Virus record (IMG/VR): IMGVR_UViG_3300030339_000011
Location: 1 to 64,000 of that record
Source of the DNA: a virus
Strand: one strand, 5' to 3'
Length of the DNA: 64,000 bases
Every line of letters starts with the position of its first letter. Position 1 is the first letter of the stretch. The notes under the pieces were generated by a model. The model searched no databases and was not told the origin of the DNA. It worked only from the letters and a program-made list of their open reading frames with translations. A program made the position numbers and the translations under genes. Shown here in pieces: positions 1-7,964 of the stretch.

Positions 1-170
1 AAAAATCTATTATTTACTTTATGATGTGTTTGGCGTTTTTTGCTCTATTTGTTATAAATATCAATTTGAATACATCATTCAGTGTTTTTCATACTGTTAT
101 GTCGTCATTATTAATTTGTGCTTCTGGTGTATGTTTAGGATTTGCAATTGGAAATTTAATAAATAAATGA
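1..170 (+). CDS. Small 2-TM membrane peptide, partial at window start; paralogue of 181..363
   Basis: Frame-3 translation KSIIYFMMCLAFFALFVINI...GVCLGFAIGNLINK* closely matches the next ORF. Confidence 0.55.
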   Translation, partial: KSIIYFMMCLAFFALFVININLNTSFSVFHTVMSSLLICASGVCLGFAIGNLINK

Positions 171-180
171 AAATTAAATA

Positions 181-363
181 ATGAAAAAATCTATTATTTA
201 CTTTATAATGTGTTTGGTTTTTTTGATTCTTTTTGTGTTATTTGGAATAAATCTTAATGAAAACACTCCTGTTAGTTATTTTAAAATTATCATATTATCA
301 TTTTTGATTTGTTCTGGTGGCGCTTGTTTATGTATTGCTCTTGGAAAAATTATAGATAAATAA
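181..363 (+). CDS. Small 2-TM membrane peptide, 60 aa
   Basis: ORF track. Two hydrophobic helices. Tandem paralogue of copies on both sides. Confidence 0.6.
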   Translation: MKKSIIYFIMCLVFLILFVLFGINLNENTPVSYFKIIILSFLICSGGACLCIALGKIIDK

Positions 364-368
364 AAATC

Positions 369-548
369 ATGAAAAAAATAAATTCTTCTTATTATTTTGC
401 AGCATCTGCATTTTTGTCTTTTCTGCTAGTTATTCTATTCATTTTAAATAAATCCATAGGATTAACTGATCCAGTATTTATAGTATTATTGTTCTGTGCT
501 GATGGATTATTTTTAGGAATTGGTGCTGGTAAACGTAGATATGAATAA
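369..548 (+). CDS. Small 2-TM membrane peptide, 59 aa, third tandem paralogue
   Basis: Manual translation MKKINSSYYFAASAFLSFLLVILF...GLFLGIGAGKRRYE*. Below the track's 60-aa cutoff. Confidence 0.5.
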   Translation: MKKINSSYYFAASAFLSFLLVILFILNKSIGLTDPVFIVLLFCADGLFLGIGAGKRRYE

Positions 549-562
549 TAAAAATTAAAATT

Positions 563-922
563 ATGAGAAAATTAAATAAATTCTCTGATAACTGTGACAA
601 ATTACAGTTTGGAGATTATATTCTATTTCAAGAATATAAAGATAAAAATTCACTAAGTGAAGATATGTTTAAAGTTACAAAACCTATATTCTCTATTTAT
701 CTTGGTTGCTTTGTTGCAGATATGGCGTTATCATTTAATTATGTTGAATGGATTAATGATAATAGAGAAGAAGTATCAGATTTTAAAAGTCACTATGAAT
801 GGGTTGATTGTGTGGATGTACTTGGTATTTGGAAAGTTAGACCAACATGGCAAGAAATTATTTCTAAATATAGAAATCAAGAAATTAAAGATTTTGTGTC
901 AAGTAATGATATTGATTGGTAA
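563..922 (+). CDS. Hypothetical protein, 119 aa
   Basis: ORF track. Sits in a codirectional gene block. The overlapping 657..932 ORF is low-complexity and rejected. Confidence 0.5.
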   Translation: MRKLNKFSDNCDKLQFGDYILFQEYKDKNSLSEDMFKVTKPIFSIYLGCFVADMALSFNYVEWINDNREEVSDFKSHYEWVDCVDVLGIWKVRPTWQEIISKYRNQEIKDFVSSNDIDW

Positions 923-931
923 TAATAAATA

Positions 932-1324
932 ATGACTGAATCATTAAATAATGATATTAAATATGTAATTGGTCAAAAAGTTTGGATTGAGTATTTAGGA
1001 AAATCTAAAAGAAAGGCTATTATACTTGGTATCAGTGAAGATATTATAAAAATAAAATTTTCATATTGGGGTGTTGATATTGAAGATTATGTTAGAGACA
1101 TTGAAGTTTTTCCTTTAATGATTGATGATTATATTAATGAGATTAAATTCACTATGAAAATATTAGGTTATGATTTGACTTTTGTTGAAAATTATTTAAG
1201 AAAAATTAAATTATTAAAATTGAATAATAATTCTAATAATAATATAACAAAAGAAGAAGAAGTTTTTGAGAATTTTGAAATTAAACATATTGAAGAATAT
1301 GTATTAAGAATTAAAAATAATTAA
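932..1324 (+). CDS. Hypothetical protein, 130 aa
   Basis: ORF track. Starts at 932; the preceding ORF ends at 922. Confidence 0.5.
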   Translation: MTESLNNDIKYVIGQKVWIEYLGKSKRKAIILGISEDIIKIKFSYWGVDIEDYVRDIEVFPLMIDDYINEIKFTMKILGYDLTFVENYLRKIKLLKLNNNSNNNITKEEEVFENFEIKHIEEYVLRIKNN

Positions 1325-1471
1325 TGTAGATGATTGAAAAAGTGTTGAATATCAGTGAGGAATTAAAAAGTAAATTACCTGATGATGCAAAAGATTTAAG
1401 AATGATTGATAGTAGATTATATTTCAAGACAAAAGTTGGTGGTAAAAAATTTATGATAAAGTATATAGAAT

Positions 1472-1651
1472 ATGAATAAAATTATAGGTAAAACAGAAGA
1501 AGAAGGAATAATAATATTAAAGGAAAATCATATAGATTATAGAGTTGTTAGAAAAAATTCTATTGATTATATAATCACTTGTGATTATATTCCTGAAAGA
1601 TTAAACTTAGAAGTTGATAATGGTATCATCACATCTTTTAGTAAAGGATAA
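1472..1651 (+). CDS. Small protein, 59 aa, possibly potato-inhibitor-I-like fold
   Basis: Manual ORF MNKIIGKTEEEGIIILKENHIDYRVVRKNSIDYIITCDYIPERLNLEVDNGIITSFSKG. Residue pattern resembles the I13 inhibitor family (weak match). Confidence 0.3.
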   Translation: MNKIIGKTEEEGIIILKENHIDYRVVRKNSIDYIITCDYIPERLNLEVDNGIITSFSKG

Positions 1652-1668
1652 ACAAAAACACTAATATT

Positions 1669-2319
1669 TTGAAAATTATATCAAAATTTAAAGATTATTA
1701 TGACTTCCTAACAGGTATTTATGGAGTAGATCCATTAATAGTTTTGGATCGGTTAGATTTTTCTATGCCAATATTTAGAAATTTTCCTCCTAGTAAGGCA
1801 TTTCCTGATGGTGATATTGAAGAAGGTAAGCTCAGATTATATATTGGAGGGTTTTATATTGAAGCATACTATAATGGTGATAAAATATATTATGGTGAAG
1901 AATTAAAACAATTTGCTATTGTAGAAAAGCACTCAAGTTGGTATTACAGATATCATATGAATAGTACAGAAAAACCAAAAGATAAGGTTTCTATTAAAGT
2001 TAAATCTTCCAGGTATCATTGTGAATCATTTAATTTGTTTATCATAAAAGATACATTAAAAATGAATGATAAATATAATTGTCCAATACTTTCAATAAAA
2101 AACGATGAGTCAGATAAAAACATACATAAAAATTGTATTTTAAAAGATTTAAATCTTAATTCGTTTATTTCACCTGAAGAAGTATATAAAATGATATCTG
2201 ATTGGATTTCATATCAACGAACAATTGCAGAGGAACATGTAGATACTATGACTAATGTTCAAAAAATAGAATCAAAAGGATTTGACAAAAAAACGTCTTT
2301 CAGACCTAATATGAAATAA
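1669..2319 (+). CDS. Hypothetical protein, 216 aa
   Basis: ORF track. Long uninterrupted ORF. Confidence 0.55.
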   Translation: MKIISKFKDYYDFLTGIYGVDPLIVLDRLDFSMPIFRNFPPSKAFPDGDIEEGKLRLYIGGFYIEAYYNGDKIYYGEELKQFAIVEKHSSWYYRYHMNSTEKPKDKVSIKVKSSRYHCESFNLFIIKDTLKMNDKYNCPILSIKNDESDKNIHKNCILKDLNLNSFISPEEVYKMISDWISYQRTIAEEHVDTMTNVQKIESKGFDKKTSFRPNMK

Positions 2320-2323
2320 TATT

Positions 2324-2500
2324 ATGATATACAATATTGTTGATTCTGAAACAGGACAAAATATCACATATGATAGTAATAGTAATAGTACTATTACTAA
2401 AATTAATACTGATAGAGAAAAACTTGATAGTATTGATGATAAAGTTATAGAATCTTACATAAGAGAGAAAAAATTAAATAATATTAAAAAATCAAAATAG
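2324..2500 (+). CDS. famB small protein, 58 aa
   Basis: Manual ORF ending ...DKVIESYIREKKLNNIKKSK*. Same C-terminal motif as the next two ORFs. Confidence 0.45.
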   Translation: MIYNIVDSETGQNITYDSNSNSTITKINTDREKLDSIDDKVIESYIREKKLNNIKKSK

Positions 2501-2503
2501 TTT

Positions 2504-2686
2504 ATGAATAATTTTCCTTCAGATTCATTTATTCATTCATGTGATAATATATTTTATGGTAAAAAGGCATATAAAAAAACTATTAAATATGAAGAATCAA
2601 TTGAGGATAAGCTTGATAAAATTGATTTTAGTATAATAGAAAGATATGTCAGGAATAAAAAATTAAAAAACATAAATAAGAAATAA
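2504..2686 (+). CDS. famB small protein (C-term IERYVRNKKLKNINKK)
   Basis: ORF track. Tandem paralogue. Confidence 0.55.
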   Translation: MNNFPSDSFIHSCDNIFYGKKAYKKTIKYEESIEDKLDKIDFSIIERYVRNKKLKNINKK

Positions 2687-2687
2687 T

Positions 2688-2885
2688 ATGTATAATTTAG
2701 AAGATGACTTGAATTTGAATTTTGATGCTTTAATTAATGAATATAAAAATAAAAGAAATCCTTATGATTACGTAAATATCAGAGATATTGAAGAAACTGA
2801 TGAAGAAAAACTTGATAATATTGATATTAGAGTAATTGAATCATATGTTAGAAAGAAAAAATTAGAAACCATAAATAAGAAATAA
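2688..2885 (+). CDS. famB small protein (C-term IESYVRKKKLETINKK)
   Basis: ORF track. Starts 2 nt after the previous stop. Confidence 0.55.
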   Translation: MYNLEDDLNLNFDALINEYKNKRNPYDYVNIRDIEETDEEKLDNIDIRVIESYVRKKKLETINKK

Positions 2886-2886
2886 T

Positions 2887-3117
2887 ATGAATAACGATGA
2901 ATTATTAGTAATGTTAAGCTGTGTTAGTAATAGAAGTTTGAATCAAACTAAACTATTATTTGATTTGTGTGATAATGACTTCGAAAAATTAATGAAAGTA
3001 GAAGCTTGTGTGAAAAAGACTTTTGTTTCTTATTGTCCAGGAGATAAGGAACTTGTTAATGAGTTAGTTAATACTTGGGATGAATTAAGAAAAAAAGAAA
3101 AATCTAAACAAAAATAA
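2887..3117 (+). CDS. Hypothetical protein, 76 aa
   Basis: ORF track. 2-nt spacing from the upstream gene. Confidence 0.45.
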   Translation: MNNDELLVMLSCVSNRSLNQTKLLFDLCDNDFEKLMKVEACVKKTFVSYCPGDKELVNELVNTWDELRKKEKSKQK

Positions 3118-3119
3118 TC

Positions 3120-3290
3120 ATGAATACATATTTATTAATATTGCTAGGTATTTGGATTGCATCATTGATTGGTGTTATTTCAATATTTGTTATTTCAAAT
3201 TATATTGAAAAAATAAAAAATAAAAGGTTTGTAGAGTGGTGGAACAAAAATATTAGTCATCTATTAAATCCGGATGATCCTAGATTTTAA
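3120..3290 (+). CDS. Small TM protein, 56 aa
   Basis: Manual ORF MNTYLLILLGIWIASLIGVISIFVISNYIEK... One hydrophobic helix. Confidence 0.4.
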   Translation: MNTYLLILLGIWIASLIGVISIFVISNYIEKIKNKRFVEWWNKNISHLLNPDDPRF

Positions 3291-3302
3291 ATCTAACAAC
3301 AG

Positions 3303-3533
3303 ATGTTTAAAACAGGCGAGAAAGTATTATGTTTGCTAGATGATTATAAATATGATTATTTATATGGATATCATGTTAGAACACAATTATTAAAAAAGGG
3401 TAAAATATATACTATCATGAATCCTTATGATATAAGTTTAGAAGAATTACCAAATTACTCATTCTCAGATGGACATTTTATGTCAATGAGTGAATTAAGA
3501 AAGAAAAAACTTATAAAATTATCTGAATGTTAA
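3303..3533 (+). CDS. famA small protein (KVGDKVVC / RFxxLxEYRKxKL family), first of the array
   Basis: ORF track. Motifs GEKVLCL and SELRKKKLIKLSEC. Confidence 0.6.
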   Translation: MFKTGEKVLCLLDDYKYDYLYGYHVRTQLLKKGKIYTIMNPYDISLEELPNYSFSDGHFMSMSELRKKKLIKLSEC

Positions 3534-3790
3534 ATATAGGAGATAAAGTAGTCTGTATTAAAACATTTGATAGTGACAGAATAATTTGTGATCAATTAAT
3601 TATTGGAAAAGAATATGAAATATTAGATATTCATCAGAGTGTATATCTATATGAAGATCTTGAATATTTTAAACTTGTTGGTGTTGCATATAATCAGGAG
3701 TCATATAAATTTTTATCTATTCCTGACTATATAAAAAAAGTGAGATTAGAAAAACTTAATATTATAAAAAATGTTAAAATCAGGAAATAA
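3527..3790 (+). CDS. famA small protein
   Basis: ORF track. MLNIGDKVVCI... 7-nt overlap with the upstream gene (stop lies inside ATGTTAA). Confidence 0.6.
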   Translation: MLNIGDKVVCIKTFDSDRIICDQLIIGKEYEILDIHQSVYLYEDLEYFKLVGVAYNQESYKFLSIPDYIKKVRLEKLNIIKNVKIRK

Positions 3791-4004
3791 AGTAGTGTGT
3801 ATAACTGATGAAGGTTATTATGAAAATCGTTATGCATTAAAAAAATATACTAATTATATTATAAGAGATGTTTATTATGAATCAGTTAAACTTTCATTAG
3901 GTAATGTATATGTTTATGATAGCGAAATAAACTGGCGTCCTACTCAATTTGTTAAATTATCTGAGTATAGAACACTTAAACTTAATAAATTAAAACTGTG
4001 CTAA
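3771..4004 (+). CDS. famA small protein
   Basis: ORF track. MLKSGNKVVCI...KLSEYRTLKLNKLKLC. Confidence 0.6.
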   Translation: MLKSGNKVVCITDEGYYENRYALKKYTNYIIRDVYYESVKLSLGNVYVYDSEINWRPTQFVKLSEYRTLKLNKLKLC

Positions 4005-4261
4005 AAATAGAAGATTATATAGTATGTATTGATGTTATTAGTCATACTAATAGTGATAAACTTACAGTAAAACATTTATCTCTAAATAAAAAATATTCAA
4101 TTAAAATATTTTTTGATAGAAATACTGGCTGTGAATATTCTTATTATCAGGATTATTTAATAGTTAATGAAATTAATCATTCATATATTTATGCTTCAAA
4201 TAGATTTATTACTGATAAAGAATATAGAAAACGTAAACTTTTAGAAATAGATAAATGTTAA
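3998..4261 (+). CDS. famA member whose ATG is replaced by CTG/GTG; either a non-AUG start or a decaying copy
   Basis: Position 3998 is GTG. The equivalent ATG of other units reads cTG here. The body is otherwise intact (LKIEDYIVCI...KEYRKRKLLEIDKC). Confidence 0.4.
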   Translation: MLKIEDYIVCIDVISHTNSDKLTVKHLSLNKKYSIKIFFDRNTGCEYSYYQDYLIVNEINHSYIYASNRFITDKEYRKRKLLEIDKC

Positions 4262-4725
4262 AAGTAGGGGATAAAGTAGTTTGTTTTGATATTATTAGCC
4301 ACACTAAAACAGATAATAATACAATAAAAAATCTAATATTAAATAAAACATATACGATTAAGATGTTTTATGATATAATTAATTCTAAAAAAACTAATTA
4401 TGATGACGATTATTTATTTGTCGAAGAGATTGATAATAGATGCATTTACTCATCAAGTAGATTTATGCTATTATCAGAATACAATAAAAAATTCAAAATT
4501 GGAGATAAAGTTGTATGTATAGATAATAGTGGCAAGACAATTAATTCATTAAAAAAAGGAGATATTTATACAATATCCAATTATGTGCCATATATTGATA
4601 AGTATGATGAAATAGTTGAAAATGTACATTTATATGAACAGCCTGGTGGTAGATATTATCCTGATAGATTTATGAAATTATCTGAATATAGAAAAAATAA
4701 ACTCTTAGAAATAGAAAAATGTTAA
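4255..4725 (+). CDS. famA double-domain protein (two units fused)
   Basis: 156 aa with two KVGDKVVC...RFM.LSEY repeats in a single frame. Confidence 0.6.
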   Translation: MLKVGDKVVCFDIISHTKTDNNTIKNLILNKTYTIKMFYDIINSKKTNYDDDYLFVEEIDNRCIYSSSRFMLLSEYNKKFKIGDKVVCIDNSGKTINSLKKGDIYTISNYVPYIDKYDEIVENVHLYEQPGGRYYPDRFMKLSEYRKNKLLEIEKC

Positions 4726-5000
4726 AGGTAGATGATAAGGTAATTTGTGTTGATAATGGTAGTCACAGTGAAAATGATAAACTCACAATTGGAGAATTGA
4801 AACTCAATAAAATATACACTATTAGAATATTTTTTGATAATGACACCAGAAAGAGAACTCAGTATTATACTGATCTTTTATTCTTTACTGAAATTAATGG
4901 TTGTTATTATTATCCATCTTATCGGTTCATGAAATTATCTGATTATAATAGAAAAAAGAAACTGTTAAAAATTGAGAAATGTGTGAATATATTAAATTAA
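4719..5000 (+). CDS. famA small protein
   Basis: ORF track. MLKVDDKVICVD...RFMKLSDYNRKKKLLKIEKC. Confidence 0.6.
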   Translation: MLKVDDKVICVDNGSHSENDKLTIGELKLNKIYTIRIFFDNDTRKRTQYYTDLLFFTEINGCYYYPSYRFMKLSDYNRKKKLLKIEKCVNILN

Positions 5001-5203
5001 TTGAACATTTTAAAGATGGTGATAGAATTGTTTGTGTTGATAACTCAGGATTAGGAAATGTTTTAAAAACTGGTACGACATATATTGCAGTAAGATTTAA
5101 CACAGAAGTTCATTGCATATCTTCAATGTCTTATACTCCACAAAGATTTATCACATTAAAAGAATATAGAAAACAGAAACTAATAAGAATAGAAGATGTA
5201 TGA
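4979..5203 (+). CDS. famA small protein (variant N-terminus)
   Basis: ORF track. GDRIVCVDN...RFITLKEYRKQKLIRIEDV. Confidence 0.55.
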   Translation: MCEYIKLIEHFKDGDRIVCVDNSGLGNVLKTGTTYIAVRFNTEVHCISSMSYTPQRFITLKEYRKQKLIRIEDV

Positions 5204-5441
5204 TTATATCGCAATAAATCAAAACGATAGATTTTATAATGGTGATAAAATAGTTTGTGTTGATAATGACAGAGTTGGAGAATTAAAAATTAATAAAATT
5301 TATATTGCTTGTATTGGATTTGAAATGATTAGAATAGTAAATTATAAAGATTATCCTATTGTTTATAAATCATATAGATTCATTCTATTGAAAGAATATA
5401 GAAAGCAGAAAATTAATCAATTGAAGAAATGTTCAAAGTAG
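5196..5441 (+). CDS. famA small protein
   Basis: ORF track. GDKIVCVDN...RFILLKEYRKQKINQLKKCSK. Confidence 0.6.
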   Translation: MYDYIAINQNDRFYNGDKIVCVDNDRVGELKINKIYIACIGFEMIRIVNYKDYPIVYKSYRFILLKEYRKQKINQLKKCSK

Positions 5442-5647
5442 GAGATAAAGTTGCTTGTATAAATGGCTTAGTTAAGAATACATATGTAAACAGTCTAAAA
5501 ATAAATAATATTTATACAATATCAGAGATTCGTGGTATATTGGTTAGATTACATGAAACTAATATATGCTACAACTCTAATAGATTTATGTCATTACAAG
5601 CTTATAGAAGAGTTAAACTTAATCAGTTGATGAAATGTTCAAAGTAG
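5429..5647 (+). CDS. famA small protein (MFKVGD subtype)
   Basis: ORF track. 13-nt overlap AAATGTTCAAAGTAG with the upstream gene. Confidence 0.65.
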   Translation: MFKVGDKVACINGLVKNTYVNSLKINNIYTISEIRGILVRLHETNICYNSNRFMSLQAYRRVKLNQLMKCSK

Positions 5648-5859
5648 GAGAAAGAGTTGTTTGTGTGAATGATAAGTCAATAATTCCAAATAAAATTCTA
5701 TTTATAAAAAAAAATAATATTTATATTATATCGGAAAATATAAATGATTCAGTTAAATTGATTGAAGATAATATATATCTTTATTCAGAGACAAGATTTG
5801 TATCATTAAAAGCTCACAGGAGAATTAAACTTAATCAGTTAATGAAATGTTCAAAGTAG
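5635..5859 (+). CDS. famA small protein (MFKVGD subtype)
   Basis: ORF track. Same 13-nt junction. Confidence 0.65.
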   Translation: MFKVGERVVCVNDKSIIPNKILFIKKNNIYIISENINDSVKLIEDNIYLYSETRFVSLKAHRRIKLNQLMKCSK

Positions 5860-6065
5860 GAGATAGAGTTGTTTGTATAAATGATATACCATTTAATAGA
5901 ATGAAACCTTTACTTAATATCTATAAATATAAAGTCTATACTGTAAAAAGTAGTGATGATGATTTTACCGAGTTATTTGAAACACATAATTTTTATAATT
6001 CTAATAGATTTGTTCTATTATCAAAAATAAGAAAACAAAAACTTAATAAATTAAACATATTATAA
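5847..6065 (+). CDS. famA small protein (MFKVGD subtype)
   Basis: ORF track. Same 13-nt junction. Confidence 0.65.
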   Translation: MFKVGDRVVCINDIPFNRMKPLLNIYKYKVYTVKSSDDDFTELFETHNFYNSNRFVLLSKIRKQKLNKLNIL

Positions 6066-6301
6066 TGGTTAAAATAGGAGATAGAGTAGTTTGTGTAAAT
6101 CCAGGTAAAATTAATTCTGAACACTTAAAAATAAAATGTTCATATTTAGTATTGTTTGTTATTGATTTTCATGCATCAGGATTAGATGGAGTTAAAATAC
6201 GTATAGATAATGATACTAAAATTTTTTATAAGATGAAAAGATTTATATTATTAAAAGAACAAAGAAGAGATAGATTAAAACAATTGGAATGTTCAAAGTA
6301 G
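6065..6301 (+). CDS. famA small protein (MVKIGDRVVCV)
   Basis: ORF track. TAATG junction with 1-nt overlap to the upstream gene. Confidence 0.6.
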   Translation: MVKIGDRVVCVNPGKINSEHLKIKCSYLVLFVIDFHASGLDGVKIRIDNDTKIFYKMKRFILLKEQRRDRLKQLECSK

Positions 6302-6534
6302 GAGATAAATTAGTTTGTATTGATATTGATAATCTGGTAAATATTGATAAATCATTATCATTAAATTATACTGAAATATACATAGTAACTAAATGCGATA
6401 GTATTAGAGTTGGAAGTGTAGAACTGAATAGTGTTGAAATAAATTGTCGTGATTTTCTTTATGACCGTAATAGATTTGTATTATTATCTGAACAAAGAAG
6501 AAATAAATTAAAACAATTGGAATGTTCAAAGTAG
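6289..6534 (+). CDS. famA small protein (MFKVGD subtype)
   Basis: ORF track. 13-nt junction. Confidence 0.65.
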   Translation: MFKVGDKLVCIDIDNLVNIDKSLSLNYTEIYIVTKCDSIRVGSVELNSVEINCRDFLYDRNRFVLLSEQRRNKLKQLECSK

Positions 6535-6752
6535 GAGATAAAATTCAATGTATAAATAATAAGAATTTGAATCATCTTAATAAATTAAATCAATTGAAAT
6601 ATTTTTGTGTTTATACTGTAACAGATTCTATGATAGTAGGAATTAAAATAAATGATCTTAATTGCATTTATTCTGAAACCAGATTTTTATTATTATCTGA
6701 ACAAAGAAGAAATAAATTAAATAAAATAAATAATTATGAATATAATATGTAA
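6522..6752 (+). CDS. famA small protein (MFKVGD subtype), last of the array
   Basis: ORF track. 13-nt junction. Confidence 0.65.
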   Translation: MFKVGDKIQCINNKNLNHLNKLNQLKYFCVYTVTDSMIVGIKINDLNCIYSETRFLLLSEQRRNKLNKINNYEYNM

Positions 6753-6948
6753 ATTTTTTGGACATAAGCCAGATTTAATCAAGCTTATTGATAGTGAAAT
6801 TGATCTGAGCAATAAAGACACTAATTACACAACTAACTGTACCAGATGTAATAAATTGATGACATATGATGAGTGTTGGAAACATAATTCATATAAAATG
6901 GTAATAATATTGCAGAATAAATTAAAAACTATATTAAAAAATAAGTAA
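6736..6948 (+). CDS. Small Cys-rich protein, possible zinc ribbon
   Basis: ORF track. Contains NCTRCNKLMTYDECWKH. Confidence 0.4.
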   Translation: MNIICKFFGHKPDLIKLIDSEIDLSNKDTNYTTNCTRCNKLMTYDECWKHNSYKMVIILQNKLKTILKNK

Positions 6949-6952
6949 AAAA

Positions 6953-7300
6953 ATGAGTAAATATATTTATATTAAAGCTGATACTAATGATGGTGATTAC
7001 ATTAGTAAAAAAAGTGAAATAACAGACGATCAAATTGAATTAATAAAACCAGTAATTGAACAACTTAAATTTCGTAAAGATAAACTTAACGAAGATAAAA
7101 TGCATAATTGGAATGAATGGCGTCATAACTGGGTAACATCAGAGTATTCAGAATCAACACTATATGATATGTATATAGAAACTAATTTATTGACTCAAGA
7201 ACAGGTTGATTCGTTCGATGAATTCGTTCCATTTGGTGAATATGGAGTTCATACTGTTGAAAGTGTTGAGATATTAAAAGAAGGTGAAATGTTATTTTAA
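6953..7300 (+). CDS. Hypothetical acidic protein, 115 aa
   Basis: ORF track. Followed by a terminator hairpin. Confidence 0.5.
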   Translation: MSKYIYIKADTNDGDYISKKSEITDDQIELIKPVIEQLKFRKDKLNEDKMHNWNEWRHNWVTSEYSESTLYDMYIETNLLTQEQVDSFDEFVPFGEYGVHTVESVEILKEGEMLF

Positions 7301-7302
7301 TA

Positions 7303-7337
7303 AAAAAAGGGAGAATCAATTGATTCTCCCTTTTTTT
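7303..7337. terminator. Bidirectional hairpin terminator between convergent genes
   Basis: Perfect palindrome GGGAGAATCAATTGATTCTCCC, with an A-run on its 5' side and a T-run on its 3' side. Confidence 0.6.
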
Positions 7338-7644
7338 AATCTATTTCATCATCTAATGTTTCTTTTGAATTTGATATTAGTTCTTTAATTTTATTCATGA
7401 ATAATTCCTTATCAAAATAACAGTCAGTTATATTTCCTTCTGATATTAGTTTTTTTATATGTTCATCATAATCTGTAATAGCAAATTCCCCTCCCTTGAA
7501 TACTATTAATGAATTTGGACTTCTTCCTTCTGAAGCATAATTTCCACAACTATGCAATACTAATATAAGTAAATCAATAGAATTATCTTTATAATTCTCC
7601 AATCCTCTCACAATTACTGATTCTTCTAACTGAATGTATTTCAT
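7336..7644 (-). CDS. Hypothetical protein, 102 aa
   Basis: ORF track. Confidence 0.5.
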   Translation of the reverse strand: MKYIQLEESVIVRGLENYKDNSIDLLILVLHSCGNYASEGRSPNSLIVFKGGEFAITDYDEHIKKLISEGNITDCYFDKELFMNKIKELISNSKETLDDEID

Positions 7645-7653
7645 AGTTTTTTA

Positions 7654-7908
7654 TTAAGAAATCATTTCATTGACATCTACAAATTCTACTTTATATGACA
7701 AATAATAAGGATCATGTTTGTCCTCATAGTATTTTTCAACTTTTGTTTCTACTTCAGTTTGTGATTCTGCTTCTACAATATGAAATTGTTCAGATGTTGA
7801 AGTTTTTCCTTCATAATAAGATTTGGTGACTTTCAAATGTGCTAAGTAAATCATATTTTTATATTTTTTAATTGTATTACAAAAGTAAACAAAAAAATCT
7901 GTTACCAT
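7654..7908 (-). CDS. Hypothetical protein, 84 aa
   Basis: ORF track. Confidence 0.45.
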   Translation of the reverse strand: MVTDFFVYFCNTIKKYKNMIYLAHLKVTKSYYEGKTSTSEQFHIVEAESQTEVETKVEKYYEDKHDPYYLSYKVEFVDVNEMIS

Positions 7909-7964
7909 ACTATGATAACAGATTTTTTATTTATTAGATACTATATTTAATATAAATTAAATAT

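Noticed and set aside
657-932. 91-aa ORF overlapping 563..922 in another frame
   Set aside because: Hydrophobic, low-complexity alternative frame. The 563..922 ORF fits the gene spacing.
5426-6540. Interpreting the famA array as one long gene expressed by serial programmed -1 frameshifting
   Set aside because: Not adopted as the primary model. Every unit except 3998 keeps its own ATG, and the junction lacks a canonical X XXY YYZ slippery heptamer. The idea is kept as a testable alternative in the findings.
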